Below, in pieces: positions 1 to 10,225 of a stretch of 64,000 nucleotides of DNA. How positions within the stretch are numbered: the stretch's first letter is position 1; each line of letters opens with the position of its first letter. The stretch comes from an uncultured Solirubrobacterales bacterium (GTDB taxonomy: Bacteria; Actinomycetota; Thermoleophilia; Solirubrobacterales; Solirubrobacteraceae): contig OY970204.1 of assembly GCA_963708315.1 (NCBI GenBank), forward strand, positions 954,272 through 1,018,271. The letters are read 5' to 3'. The position numbers were made by a program, and so were the translations under genes. The notes below the pieces were generated by a model, which saw only the letters and a list, made by a program, of their open reading frames with translations, was not told the origin of the DNA and did not search any database.

Positions 1-507
1 GTCGACACGCTTCCCGTCCGAGAGGACCTGCCGCTCGCAGAGGAGCCCACGCACGGGCGCAGGCTGCAGCGCATCGCCGGCGCCGCCGCGCTCACCGGGG
101 CGGTCGGCACGGTCGGGGGCGTCGTGGGTATCGCCGGCTTGCGCATGCATGCCGTCGATCGTCGCGAGATCGCGCAGCGTGTCCTGTCACCCGTGCGGGC
201 GGTGCCAGCGCGCGGGCATGCGAGCACGCCCGCGCACATCATGCGTCGGTGGACCCTGCACCCAATCCGACCGCGGCGCATGCACGCGCGCCGCAGGACG
301 GCGGTGCGGCTCCCACACGGTTCGGCGTTGCGGGCCGAAACGGCTGCACGGACGATCGTCATAAGCGCTTCGCGTAGCACCCCCGCGCGTGTGGCTAGAG
401 CGGCGCCGAGCATCTCGACTGACACAGCGAGCGCCGTGCAGGGACCGTCACCCGCAACCCCCGACGCTCGGCCTCGGGCCCAGAGCGAGTTCGGGTTCGA
501 GCGCTGA
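1..507 (+). CDS. Hypothetical membrane-anchored protein, 5' partial
   Basis: Frame is open from base 1 to TGA 505-507, has a hydrophobic stretch (IAGAAALTGAVGTVGGVVGIAGL), ends EFGFER, and its stop overlaps the next ATG. Confidence 0.55.
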   Translation, partial: VDTLPVREDLPLAEEPTHGRRLQRIAGAAALTGAVGTVGGVVGIAGLRMHAVDRREIAQRVLSPVRAVPARGHASTPAHIMRRWTLHPIRPRRMHARRRTAVRLPHGSALRAETAARTIVISASRSTPARVARAAPSISTDTASAVQGPSPATPDARPRAQSEFGFER

Positions 508-1424
508 TGGACGGAGTACCAGAGATGGATATCGCGCGTGCGGAGACGCACGACGCACGACCGATACACGCGCGTGCGAGGGTGACCATCGCCTCCAAGT
601 CCCTGTGGCGTATCAGGCTCGCCCGCGAACTGCCCCGCATCCTGCTGCTCGGAGCCTCGTTCGCCGGGTTGATGGCGAGCGCTCGCTATGTGATCGCGCC
701 TCCGCACCCGCCGACCCCAGTTCGCGACCGGGTAGCGGCGCCCGCGCGGGATCTGGCGGCTGAGGGGTTCGCGCAGCTGTTCGCACGCCGCTACCTGAGC
801 TGGGAAGCGGACGACCCCGAAGCCCACCAGCGGGCGCTGGCCGCTTACGTGGGCGCGGGCATGGAACCCGGCGCCGGACTGCAACCGCCGTCGGGCGGTG
901 AGGAGCAGGTGCAATGGACCGAGGTCGTACAAGAACGGACGGCCGCCCCCGCAGAGCTACGCGTGTACACCGTCGCGGCGCAGACCGACACCGCCGGCCT
1001 CGTGTATCTCACTGTGAGCGTCGCGCGCGCTCGCAGTGGCGTGCTGGAGCTGGCCGGCTATCCCGCGTTCGTGGGAGCGCCGGTGGCCGGGTCGGCCTCC
1101 GGCGGCGGCGCGCTGCGCGAAGTCTCAGATGCGGCGCTGCAGACGGTGGTGGAACGCGCGCTGCGCAACTACCTCGCGGACTCCGCCGCCGAGCTGGCGG
1201 CGGATCTGACGAGCACTGCGCGTGTATCGCTGCCCGCGCAAGCGCTGCGACTGGAATCCGTGCAGCGCCTGGACTGGTCACCCGAAGGAGGGCAGGCGGT
1301 CAGCGCGACCGTGCAGGCCCAAGACGCGCGTGGCGCCCGCTACACGCTCGCCTATGCGCTCGACGTCACCCGCGTGGCCGGTCGCTGGGAGATCGCCGCG
1401 ATCCAGATGGACCCCTACACGTGA
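507..1424 (+). CDS. Conjugal transfer protein, TcpC/ConB (VirB8-like) family
   Basis: N-terminal TM followed by two NTF2-like segments (FAQLFARRYLSW...LAAY; YTLAYALDVTRVAGRWEI); first gene of a conjugation cluster. Confidence 0.75.
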   Translation: MDGVPEMDIARAETHDARPIHARARVTIASKSLWRIRLARELPRILLLGASFAGLMASARYVIAPPHPPTPVRDRVAAPARDLAAEGFAQLFARRYLSWEADDPEAHQRALAAYVGAGMEPGAGLQPPSGGEEQVQWTEVVQERTAAPAELRVYTVAAQTDTAGLVYLTVSVARARSGVLELAGYPAFVGAPVAGSASGGGALREVSDAALQTVVERALRNYLADSAAELAADLTSTARVSLPAQALRLESVQRLDWSPEGGQAVSATVQAQDARGARYTLAYALDVTRVAGRWEIAAIQMDPYT

Positions 1425-1446
1425 GACCGCAACCCGAAGGAGCTCC

Positions 1447-1872
1447 ATGAAAGTCCCCGACCCGATCGTCACCACTACTCGCCTCCCAGAGCCCTCCCTC
1501 GCCCGGGCTCGCTCGATCCTGCTGCTCGCGGGCGTATGCCTCGTGGCCGGAGCGCCTGCCGCGCAAGCTGCGATCTCGACGCCGGGATCGACGCCAAGCT
1601 CGGTCGCCGTACCGCAGGCGGCCGGCACCGAAAAGACGGGCGCCTCGCTGGAATCGGCCGCCGCCAAGGCCGGCAGCACGGGTCGCGCGGTCGCTATGAG
1701 TCTGATCGGGCTGGCGTTTGCGGTGGCCGCGATCGTGCTCGCGTTCAAGCGCGACTTCAAGGAGGCCGCGGGCGTGTTCGCGGTCGGGATCGTCTCGGTG
1801 CTGCTGGCGACTCCCACCGGCGTGAGCCTGCTGCAGGACACCGTCAACTCGCTGTTCGGATCCCACGGATGA
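1447..1872 (+). CDS. Small membrane protein, ConC/TcpD or VirB2-like
   Basis: AAGGAG RBS before ATG 1447; signal-like segment plus two TM helices; lies between the conB-like and conD-like genes. Confidence 0.6.
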   Translation: MKVPDPIVTTTRLPEPSLARARSILLLAGVCLVAGAPAAQAAISTPGSTPSSVAVPQAAGTEKTGASLESAAAKAGSTGRAVAMSLIGLAFAVAAIVLAFKRDFKEAAGVFAVGIVSVLLATPTGVSLLQDTVNSLFGSHG

Positions 1873-1946
1873 TCGCGGTGGCGGTCTCGCGGGACGGCGC
1901 TTGTACGAAGTCGCATCGCGCTCGGCGGGGGCGGGCGAGCTGAGGG

Positions 1947-2546
1947 ATGGAGATCCGCTCTTACCGCGCCGTGTTCGACCTCGAGCGACGGATCTACCGC
2001 ATCGACAGGCTGCGGTTGAACCCGGCGGGCGTGCCCGTGCGCGGGATCGTCTACTTCCTCGCGCTGCTCGCGACGATCGTGGTGTGCGCTCACGTGCCGC
2101 CGCTACGTGCGGTCGCTAGCGCGCTGCCGTGGTATCTCATCTACCTCGCGCTGCCGGGCGTCGGCGCGGCGCTGCTGACCGTCGTCGCGATCGACGGGCG
2201 TCCAGCCCACCTCGCGGCGCAGGCGCTGCTGCGCCACCGCGTCGCGCCACGCCGGTCTGTGGGGTTTCGCGCCGGATGGGGCGCCGAGCCCGACGTCTGC
2301 TGGCGCCCACCGGAGATCCTGCTGCTCCCAGACGGTTCGGACACGCGCGTGCGCCGCCTGCGCTACACCGGACCGGGAGCCGCGCTCGTCGGGGTGGCGC
2401 ACGAGCGAAGCGAGTCCCCTGCCCTCGCGATCGCCGGACGGCGCTCGCGCTTGACGGTGTCCGCGCTGCCCGGTCGGCCCCGACCCGCACATGGACAGGT
2501 GATCGCGCTCGCCGCACGGGCGCGGCTCTTCACGGTGAGCCGGTGA
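1947..2546 (+). CDS. TcpE/ConD family conjugal transfer membrane protein (VirB3-like)
   Basis: IRSYRAVFDLERRIYRID N-terminus, two TM helices, IDGRP motif; directly upstream of the VirB4-like gene. Confidence 0.75.
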   Translation: MEIRSYRAVFDLERRIYRIDRLRLNPAGVPVRGIVYFLALLATIVVCAHVPPLRAVASALPWYLIYLALPGVGAALLTVVAIDGRPAHLAAQALLRHRVAPRRSVGFRAGWGAEPDVCWRPPEILLLPDGSDTRVRRLRYTGPGAALVGVAHERSESPALAIAGRRSRLTVSALPGRPRPAHGQVIALAARARLFTVSR

Positions 2547-4978
2547 AACCGCCGATCGCCTGCGTGTACGGGAACTGCGTGTTCGCCGACGGCCTCGACG
2601 ATTGTTGGGCGGCGTTCGCCGTGCGAGTCGCCTCCTATCAATGGCTCTCCGAGGACGGCAAGCGGGCGCGCCTGTTGGAGCTGCTCGGTGCCATCGAGGC
2701 GATCGAGGCCGATCTGCAGATCGTCCGGGTCGCACGCCGCTGGGAGGTAGGACGGTACGTGCGCGAGCTGCAGGTCGGTGTCGGGTCGCGGGCGCATACG
2801 CGCGCGAACAGCGTGTATCTCGAGGAACACCATCGCCGTCTACGTGACGTCGGCAAGGCGAGAGCGACGGTGTTCCTGCTCGTGAGCCTGAGTGACCCGG
2901 AGCGCGATGTCGCCTCCTACGTCTCCCAGGCCGCCGAGAGCGGTCCGCGAGAGTGGTGGCGGGAGCTCCGGCGCGCGTTCTCACCGCACGACCGGCGCCT
3001 GTTGAAGGTGTCTGACCTGGAGCGCGCGCGAGTTCGCGCCGACCAGACGCACGCACGGCTCGCCGACTACCTGCCCGTCAGGCAGGCGCGTGGGGTGGAG
3101 CTGCAGTGGCTGATCAGGCGCGCGTTCTGCCGCGGTCTCGGCGAGCCGCAAATCGATGGGCTGCACGAGCCGCGTGCGCTCGTGTTCGAGCGCAACGGCC
3201 AAGCGCAACTGGCACCGCTGGAGGGCGATGTGCTGCGCTGGATGGACTCCCGCGTCGAGCACCAGGGCCGGCGACTGCGGATCGAGTCGGAGCTCGGGAC
3301 CAGCTGGCAGGCGCAGCTCGTGCTCGGCGCGCTGCCCGATCGCGCCACGTTCCCCGGGGCGCGCGTCGAGCTGATGTTCGCCCCGGTCGAGAGCCTGCCG
3401 TTCGGAGTCGACCTCTCGTTGAACGCGCGCTACCTGCCGAATGGTCTGGCGCTGCGGATCGCGCGTCGGCGCATCCAGGACGCCGACCAGATCGTACGGG
3501 CCGAGTCCGATGGGGACCAGGGGGTTTCGGACCTCGGGTATCAGCGTACGCAGGAGGCTCGTGACCTGCTCGCCTACCTGCAGGCCTCCAGTCGCCCACC
3601 GCTGTTGCGGGCCACGCTCGCGATCGCCGTAGGAGCTCGCGACGAGGAGCAGCTGGAGGAGCGCGTGGAGACGGTCAGGCGCGCCTACGGCGAGATTCAC
3701 CTACACCGCCCGCTCGGCGACCAGCTGCGCCTGTTCGCCCAGCACCTACCCGGCCAGCGCACGCGCGTGGCCGGGTATGACGACACGCTGACGCCCGAGC
3801 AGGTCGCTGCGATGATGCCCGTCGCCACGCACGAGGTGGGCTCGCGACGCGGGTACTACCTCGGGCACACGCTGTCCGGATCCCGCCAGCCCGTCAGGTT
3901 CAACCTGCGCGAGGGCTCAGACGGCGACCGCAACACGACGATCCTCAGCGTCGGTGCGCTCGGCTCGGGCAAGACGACGCTTGACCAGAAGCTCAAGTAC
4001 GAGGGGTTCCTGCAGGGAGCGCGCATCATCGACTGCGACCCCAAGGGCGATCACCGGCTGCACCTGCTGGATGAGGTCGCGCCGCATACGGAGGTCATAA
4101 CGCTGCGGCCCGACCCAGCGCTGCGCGGGGTGCTGGACCCGCTGCGGGTTGCGCCCGAGCATCTCCGACAGGACGCCGCGGTCTCCTTCCTGCGCGATCT
4201 GCTGCCGGCCAGAGCCGAGCCCGCGTGGGAGACGGCGGTCGTGGGCGCGGTCGATCGTGTGCTCAGGCGCGCACAGCAGGCGAGTTGCCATGAGGTCGTC
4301 AGGGCGCTTGCAGAGGGCGATGAGACCGAACGCAGGGTCGGAGCGACGCTGGCGGTGTATGCACGCTCGGGATTGACGCAGCTGGGGTTCGCCGACCCCG
4401 ACGTGCGGCTGTCGCCAGTCGGTCACAGCCAGGTGACATACCTGCCGATCCGCGACCTGCCCGGGCCTGAGCCGGGGACGCCCCGCTCGGAGTACTCCCA
4501 AGCCGAGCGCGTCGGCGCGCAGATCGTGCGCCTGATCGCAATGTTCGCGATGCAGCTCCTCGGCGCCGAGCGGGACCGGCTGAAGATCTTCAGCTTCGAC
4601 GAGGGATGGCGGCTGCTCGGCGATCCGGTAGGACGCACGCTGCTTGCCTCCCTGCAACGGATGGGCCGCTCGGAGCTCGCGGTGCCGATCGTCTCGACGC
4701 AGCTGGTCACCGACGCGCTGATCGGCGAGCGCGAGTCGCTGGAGAACCTGATCGGGGCGACGTTCGTGTTCGGGATGCGCTCGGACGCCGAGGCCGCACG
4801 GGCGCTTCAGCTGCTGGGGCTCGATCCCGACGATCGGCGCATGCGCCAGAGTCTGCTCGAACTGGAGGCCGGCCGCTGCCTGTTGCGCGACCACTACGGG
4901 CGTGTGGAGGCGATCCAGGTCGATGTCGTCGCCCCCTCACTGCTGCGCGCGCTCTCGACCACGCCCGCGCGCGGGTGA
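2543..4978 (+). CDS. VirB4-like conjugation ATPase (ConE/TcpF, AAA_10)
   Basis: GTGA overlap with upstream stop; Walker A GALGSGKT, DPKGD, Walker B FSFDEGW, RMGRS, STQ, GRCLLRDHYGRV. Confidence 0.88.
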   Translation: MKPPIACVYGNCVFADGLDDCWAAFAVRVASYQWLSEDGKRARLLELLGAIEAIEADLQIVRVARRWEVGRYVRELQVGVGSRAHTRANSVYLEEHHRRLRDVGKARATVFLLVSLSDPERDVASYVSQAAESGPREWWRELRRAFSPHDRRLLKVSDLERARVRADQTHARLADYLPVRQARGVELQWLIRRAFCRGLGEPQIDGLHEPRALVFERNGQAQLAPLEGDVLRWMDSRVEHQGRRLRIESELGTSWQAQLVLGALPDRATFPGARVELMFAPVESLPFGVDLSLNARYLPNGLALRIARRRIQDADQIVRAESDGDQGVSDLGYQRTQEARDLLAYLQASSRPPLLRATLAIAVGARDEEQLEERVETVRRAYGEIHLHRPLGDQLRLFAQHLPGQRTRVAGYDDTLTPEQVAAMMPVATHEVGSRRGYYLGHTLSGSRQPVRFNLREGSDGDRNTTILSVGALGSGKTTLDQKLKYEGFLQGARIIDCDPKGDHRLHLLDEVAPHTEVITLRPDPALRGVLDPLRVAPEHLRQDAAVSFLRDLLPARAEPAWETAVVGAVDRVLRRAQQASCHEVVRALAEGDETERRVGATLAVYARSGLTQLGFADPDVRLSPVGHSQVTYLPIRDLPGPEPGTPRSEYSQAERVGAQIVRLIAMFAMQLLGAERDRLKIFSFDEGWRLLGDPVGRTLLASLQRMGRSELAVPIVSTQLVTDALIGERESLENLIGATFVFGMRSDAEAARALQLLGLDPDDRRMRQSLLELEAGRCLLRDHYGRVEAIQVDVVAPSLLRALSTTPARG

Positions 4979-7593
4979 ACGGCGACGGGACACGACGAGC
5001 GCTCTGCGCGGCCGCCGCCGTCCTACTGGGTGGCTTGGGTGCAATGGCGGCCGGCTCCTCCGCGGCGCTCGGAGCCGGGGACGCGCGGGCGAAAGCGGCC
5101 GATGCGCCACCGTCGCACGCTCGCCCAATGACCGGTACGAAGAGCGCGCCGAGCGCTCCGGCGCTCGGCGCGGGCACCGGCGGCGTGTCGAGCTCGAGCG
5201 CCGGCGAAGCCGAAGGGTCAGACGCGAGCGTGCAGGGAGAATCCGACCCCCTGGTCGGTAATGGGCTCGGCAGCCCGCTGTGCAAAGGCGCACTCGGCGG
5301 CGGGCTGTCGGCTGCCGGCAGACGTGATTGTGAAACGTCCGGGTTCGTCGCGGCGCCCGCTCCGACGGGCGACTACGGGATCGACGTGCACATCGACGTC
5401 GGCGTGCTGGGTGGGTTCAGCACGGGCGGGATGCTGAGCGCCGTGCAGGACCTGTTCGTGACGCCGCTGTGGATGGCGTTGGTATGGGCCGTGCACGCAC
5501 TCGTGGTGATGCTCGAGTGGTGTTACACGATCGACCTGCTCGACAGCGCCTCGGCGAGCGTAGGCAGGGGGCTGCGCCAGATGCAGAGCGCGCTCACCGG
5601 GCCGTGGCTGGCGATGGTGCTCGCGATCGCCGCGGTGCTCGCCGCCTACAACGGCCTGATTCGACGCCGCGTCGCCGAGACCCTTGGCCAGGCGTTGATG
5701 ACGCTGGCGATGATGGCCGGGGGGATGTGGGTGATCCTCGACCCCACCGGCACCGTCGGTGCGCTCGGAGGATGGGCCAACCAGGCGAGCCTCGGCACGC
5801 TCGCGGTCACCGCGCGGGGAACGCCCGCCGGCGCCGGAGGCGCGCTGGCGGACAGCATGGAGTCGGTCTTCGCCGCCGCGATCGAAGCGCCATGGTGCTA
5901 TCTGGAGTTTGGCGCCGTCGCCTGGTGTCGGAGCCCGGCGCGCCTGGACCCGCGGCTACGCGCGGCCGGGCTGAAGATCGCCGCCGGTGAGCAGACGCAG
6001 GCCACCTCTTCGGCTGGTGCGCAGGCGCACGCGCTGGTGCTCAGCGCCGAGCAGTTGCGCGACGCGCATAGCAACGCCGAGGTCTTCCTGGCGCTGCCCC
6101 CGAACGGGCCGGCGCGTAACTCGATCAACGAAGCGGGCTCGCTGCTGCGGACGCTGTGTCAGAGCCCCAACGCCACTGCGTGTCGCGGACCGACCGCTGC
6201 GCAGGCGGAGTTTCGCACCGGCTCCGGTACGTGGGCGCGCGCGGCCGGCCTGCTAGCGATTGTCGCGGGCGTGCTCGGGATGTTGTTGCTGCTCGGGTTC
6301 ATCGCGCTGCGACTGCTCGGTGCGGCGCTGTTCAGTCTGCTGTATCTGCTGCTCGCGCCCGCAGCGGTGCTCGCACCGGCACTCGGGGAGTCCGGGCGGG
6401 CGGCATTTCGCACCTGGGCCACGCGCCTGTTCGGAGCGGTCGTCGCGAAGCTGACGTACTCGTTCCTGCTGGGTGTGGTGCTAACGGTCGTGGCGATCCT
6501 GCGCGATCTCACCGCATTCGGTTGGTGGACGCAATGGCTGTTGACGTCCGCGTTCTGGTGGAGCGCATACACGCGCCGCTATCAGGCTCTCGGGCTCGCG
6601 GAAGGCGCCATCGGCCGCGAGCAGGGGGAGCATCGCTCGATGATGCGGCGCGTTAACGATGTGCTCGAGACTCGCAAAGCGATGGCGGTGGCGCGCTGGG
6701 TGAAAGGCAGGCGCGATGGCAGTGCTCCGAGCGTCCAGTCGCGGCGAGATCCGCCACCTGCGGGTGACGGGCACGCCGACGAAGTCGTAAAGGCGCAGGT
6801 CGAGCGCACGCTCGGGCATGAGCTGAACGAAGCGCGGGCGCAGGTGCTGGCCGAACCGCAGACACAGGTGCTGCTGTCGAAGCTGCGATCGCAGCTCACG
6901 CGCGTACAGGGTGCGCGTGCGGACGCGATCGCCATGGGCGACACCCGCAGACCGATCGAATTGGGCGCCCGCGAGCGACGCGTCGCCGAGCTGATCGACG
7001 GGGAGGAGCAAGCGCTTATGCGGGCGCGGCGAACGGTCGCAGACAGTGACAGCGCAAAGCGTCGGACAGGAGCGGCGCACACGCGCGAGCAGCGCGAGGA
7101 GCGTGCGCGCTTCCTCGACGCCCAGGCGTCTCTGCCTGCGGCTGGGCGCGCCGATGGCGACGGTGAGCGACGTGACTACGCTGCCCTCGCTGGACTGGCC
7201 GGGTATGGCCGGGGTGACTACGAACGGCTCGACTCGCGCCACCAGCGGGAGGCGCGAGCCAGGATTGATCGCGAGCTGGCGATACGCCGCGAGCTTGGCC
7301 GAGGGGTAGGCGACGTCGCTTCCACCGAGCAGGGTGGACTTCGCGTTCGAAGTGAGCGGCCAGATGGAGGCAGAGAACTCGAAGGCGCCCTTGGGGAGGG
7401 TGTTCGCCCCGGTGGCGGGCGCCGACGAGTGGACTCGCCGCGAGGTCGCTCGCCGATGCCGGAGGCACAACGGGCCCGCGACATACCGTACGCCTCGCAT
7501 CCGCGCCCGCGACGGACCGGGTCGCCGGTGCTCGACGACGCGCGCGAGGTGGCGGCGCGGCGTAAACGCCAGCTGGGACGAGACCGGCCTTGA
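4975..7593 (+). CDS. VirB6-like polytopic conjugation membrane protein (ConG/TcpH-like)
   Basis: GTGA overlap start; multiple TM helices, PWCYLEFG motif, long charged C-terminal region; follows VirB4. Confidence 0.72.
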   Translation: MNGDGTRRALCAAAAVLLGGLGAMAAGSSAALGAGDARAKAADAPPSHARPMTGTKSAPSAPALGAGTGGVSSSSAGEAEGSDASVQGESDPLVGNGLGSPLCKGALGGGLSAAGRRDCETSGFVAAPAPTGDYGIDVHIDVGVLGGFSTGGMLSAVQDLFVTPLWMALVWAVHALVVMLEWCYTIDLLDSASASVGRGLRQMQSALTGPWLAMVLAIAAVLAAYNGLIRRRVAETLGQALMTLAMMAGGMWVILDPTGTVGALGGWANQASLGTLAVTARGTPAGAGGALADSMESVFAAAIEAPWCYLEFGAVAWCRSPARLDPRLRAAGLKIAAGEQTQATSSAGAQAHALVLSAEQLRDAHSNAEVFLALPPNGPARNSINEAGSLLRTLCQSPNATACRGPTAAQAEFRTGSGTWARAAGLLAIVAGVLGMLLLLGFIALRLLGAALFSLLYLLLAPAAVLAPALGESGRAAFRTWATRLFGAVVAKLTYSFLLGVVLTVVAILRDLTAFGWWTQWLLTSAFWWSAYTRRYQALGLAEGAIGREQGEHRSMMRRVNDVLETRKAMAVARWVKGRRDGSAPSVQSRRDPPPAGDGHADEVVKAQVERTLGHELNEARAQVLAEPQTQVLLSKLRSQLTRVQGARADAIAMGDTRRPIELGARERRVAELIDGEEQALMRARRTVADSDSAKRRTGAAHTREQREERARFLDAQASLPAAGRADGDGERRDYAALAGLAGYGRGDYERLDSRHQREARARIDRELAIRRELGRGVGDVASTEQGGLRVRSERPDGGRELEGALGEGVRPGGGRRRVDSPRGRSPMPEAQRARDIPYASHPRPRRTGSPVLDDAREVAARRKRQLGRDRP

Positions 7594-8762
7594 ACGCTGG
7601 ATCTGTCACAGCCCGGCGCATCCTGCCCGGTGGCGCCGTGACGGTCTCGGTGGGCGCGAGCCTGGGGCTGGCCGCGATCTTCATGCTCATAGCCGTCGTG
7701 GCCGGAATGGGCAGCGTCTCCCTGGGCGCCGGTGGCGGTGGCGATGTCGGCGGAGCGGGCGATGGCGCCTCGGCGCTCGCGCGGCGCGACATCCCTGCTG
7801 AATATTTGCGGCTGTATCAGGCGGCGAGTGCGCGCTACGGGCTGGACTGGGCGATCCTTGCCGGGATCGGCAAGGTCGAGTGTGACCACGGGCGCGACCC
7901 TGACCCCTCGTGTACGCGCGAGGGTGCGACGAACGCGGCAGGCGCCGGGGGGCCGATGCAGTTCATCGCATCGACCTGGACGACGTACGGGGTGGACGGT
8001 GACGGCGATGGGCGGCGCGACCGCTGGGATCCTGCGGATGCGATCTATGGCGCCGCCAATTACCTGCACGCGGCGGGCGCTCCCGCGAACTATCGCTCTG
8101 CGATCTTCGCTTACAACCATGCCGGCTGGTATGTGGCCGAGGTACAGCGATGGGCGGCGCGGTATCGAGGTCCGCTCACTTCGTCGGTGCCAGGGAGCGG
8201 GAGCGAAGGCATCGAAGGCGGGGAAGGACTCACAGGCGCCGACACGCGCCTGGCGGGCGAAACCGCCACGCCCGTGCGTTTCGTCGCGGGCGATCGCGCG
8301 ATACTCGCGCCGGGCGACGGGCACGTCGCGCTGGTACCGGCGGGTGTCCCGCCCGTCGTACAGGCGATGGTGGTGGCGGGCAACGAGCTCCAGGAACTGT
8401 CATACGGCCCCGACGGCCACCCCGATCCGCGCGGAGCGGTCGACGAGGACTGCTCGAGCACGCTCAACTACGTGCTCTACCGCTCCGGCGTGCGCCCGAT
8501 CTCAGAAATCGTCAGAGATAACCCCCTCGCGCAGGACTACGTCCACTGGGGCGCGCCCGGCCCCGGGCACTGGGTCACGATCTACGCAACGACGTCCCCG
8601 ACAGATCACGTGTTCGTCGTCATCGCCGGTCTCCGTCTGGATACCAGTCACAACGGCACCGACATCGGCCCCAACCAAAGCGAAGACGGCCCCCGCTGGC
8701 GCATCCTCGACCACATCCCGACATGGGCGCACTGGTCGGTGCGCCATCCGACGGGGTTGTAA
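7590..8762 (+). CDS. Bifunctional peptidoglycan hydrolase, lytic transglycosylase plus NlpC/P60-like (CwlT/TcpG-like)
   Basis: LAGIGKVE, GAGGPMQF, AANYL, AIFAYNH (SLT motifs); DCS and HVF motifs (NlpC/P60 Cys/His). Confidence 0.82.
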   Translation: MNAGSVTARRILPGGAVTVSVGASLGLAAIFMLIAVVAGMGSVSLGAGGGGDVGGAGDGASALARRDIPAEYLRLYQAASARYGLDWAILAGIGKVECDHGRDPDPSCTREGATNAAGAGGPMQFIASTWTTYGVDGDGDGRRDRWDPADAIYGAANYLHAAGAPANYRSAIFAYNHAGWYVAEVQRWAARYRGPLTSSVPGSGSEGIEGGEGLTGADTRLAGETATPVRFVAGDRAILAPGDGHVALVPAGVPPVVQAMVVAGNELQELSYGPDGHPDPRGAVDEDCSSTLNYVLYRSGVRPISEIVRDNPLAQDYVHWGAPGPGHWVTIYATTSPTDHVFVVIAGLRLDTSHNGTDIGPNQSEDGPRWRILDHIPTWAHWSVRHPTGL

Positions 8763-8772
8763 TGTGGCACAC

Positions 8773-10011
8773 ATGGCGGAGCGCGAGGTCGACTATCTCC
8801 TGATCGGCGGGGGCCTGGCGAGCGCGAACTGCGCGCGCTGGCTGCGCGAGGAAGGGGCAGAGGGGACGGTGCTGCTGGTGGGGCGCGAGCCCGACCCGCC
8901 ATACAACCGCCCGGAGTGCTCGAAGGGGTACCTGCGTGGTGAGGAGACCCGCGAGGAGCCGCTGTTTCGTCCGAACGAGTGGTGGGCCGAGCAGGACATC
9001 GAGCTGCTGACGCGCGCGAGCGTGACCGGGCTCGATCTGGACGCACGCACCGCCAAGCTCTCGACTAAGGATGAGGTGACGTTCGACAAGGCCCTGATCG
9101 CCACCGGCGCGAACGTCAGGCGGCTGAACGTGCCCGGCTGCGAGCTCGAGCAGATCCACTATCTGCGCACGCTCTCAAACGCCGACGCGATCCGCGAGGG
9201 TGTGGCCGAGGCCGAGCACGTCGTGTTGATCGGTGGCTCCTACATCGGCTGTGAGGTGGCCGCGTCGCTGACCGCGATCGGCAAGCGCTGCACGATCGTG
9301 ATGCAGGAGCGCGCCACGCTCGAACGCGGCTTTGGCGAGCGTATCGGGCGCTACATCCAGGGCCTGCTGGAGGGCATCGGCGTGACCGTGCACGGCGAGG
9401 ACGAGCTTGAGCGCTTCGAGGGCGAGGAGCGTGTCGGGAAGGTGATCACGCGCAGCGGCCTGGAGCTTGACGCGGAAGCGGTCGTGATCGGCGCCGGCGT
9501 CACACCGGACACACAGCTCGCGCAGCGTGCGGGCCTTGCGATCGGTGAGCGCGGCGGGATCGCCTGCTCCTCGCGGCTGCAGACCTCCACGCCGGGGGTG
9601 TTCGCCGCCGGGGACGTATGCGAGTACGACTCACCGCTGCATGGCGGGCCGATGCGGATCGAGCACTGGGATGTCGCCTTCAACCACGGCAAGACCGCTG
9701 CTTTGAACATGCTCGGTCGCGATGTGCCGCATACGGTGGTCCCGTACTTCTATTCCGTCCTGGCGGGCCTCGGCGAGCTCGAGTACGTGGGGCCGGCGTC
9801 ATCGTGGGACGAGGAGATCGTGCGCGGCTCGATCGCGGACGGCAGCTTCACCAACTGGTACCTGCAGGACGGGCACGTAGTGGCCGCGCTCACGTTCGGG
9901 CGCTCGGACGACCTCGACCACGCGCGGCGACTGCTCGCCGAGAAGCCGACGCTCGACGCAACGGCGCGCGCGAGGCTCGGCGATCTCGACGCCGATCTCG
10001 ACGCCGTGTAG
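8773..10011 (+). CDS. FAD/NAD(P)-dependent oxidoreductase, ferredoxin reductase-like
   Basis: IGGGLA, PYNRP, ATG motif, IGGSYIGCE, FAAGD, RIEHW, VPYFYS. Confidence 0.88.
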   Translation: MAEREVDYLLIGGGLASANCARWLREEGAEGTVLLVGREPDPPYNRPECSKGYLRGEETREEPLFRPNEWWAEQDIELLTRASVTGLDLDARTAKLSTKDEVTFDKALIATGANVRRLNVPGCELEQIHYLRTLSNADAIREGVAEAEHVVLIGGSYIGCEVAASLTAIGKRCTIVMQERATLERGFGERIGRYIQGLLEGIGVTVHGEDELERFEGEERVGKVITRSGLELDAEAVVIGAGVTPDTQLAQRAGLAIGERGGIACSSRLQTSTPGVFAAGDVCEYDSPLHGGPMRIEHWDVAFNHGKTAALNMLGRDVPHTVVPYFYSVLAGLGELEYVGPASSWDEEIVRGSIADGSFTNWYLQDGHVVAALTFGRSDDLDHARRLLAEKPTLDATARARLGDLDADLDAV

Positions 10012-10030
10012 GATCCGTCGAGTCCATAAC

Positions 10031-10188
10031 GGTCGGTGATGAAGGGAAGCCGGTGTGAATCCGGCGCGGACCCGCCACTGTGACCGGGGATGCTCACCGC
10101 GGCGCGCAAGCGCAGGCCACCGATCTGCTCAGGCGATCGGGAAGGCGTGGAGGAGTAGGCCCGGGAGCCAGGAGACCTGCCTCCGACC
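10031..10188 (+). ncRNA. Cobalamin (B12) riboswitch
   Basis: AGGGAAGCCGGTGTGAATCCGGCGCGGACCCGCCACTGT ... GCCAC ... GGGAAGG ... AGCCAGGAGACCTGCC; closing stem GGTCGG/CCGACC; upstream of an ECF operon. Confidence 0.93.
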
Positions 10189-10225
10189 ACAAGCCCACGT
10201 AACCCTCGTGGAAAGGGGTTGGCTC

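Noticed and set aside
2129-8772. Long N-terminal extensions in the ORF track (2129, 4606, 7732; likewise 10055, 14817, 21765, 33722)
   Set aside because: They overlap upstream genes or the riboswitch; coupled GTGA/ATGA starts or RBS-supported downstream starts fit better
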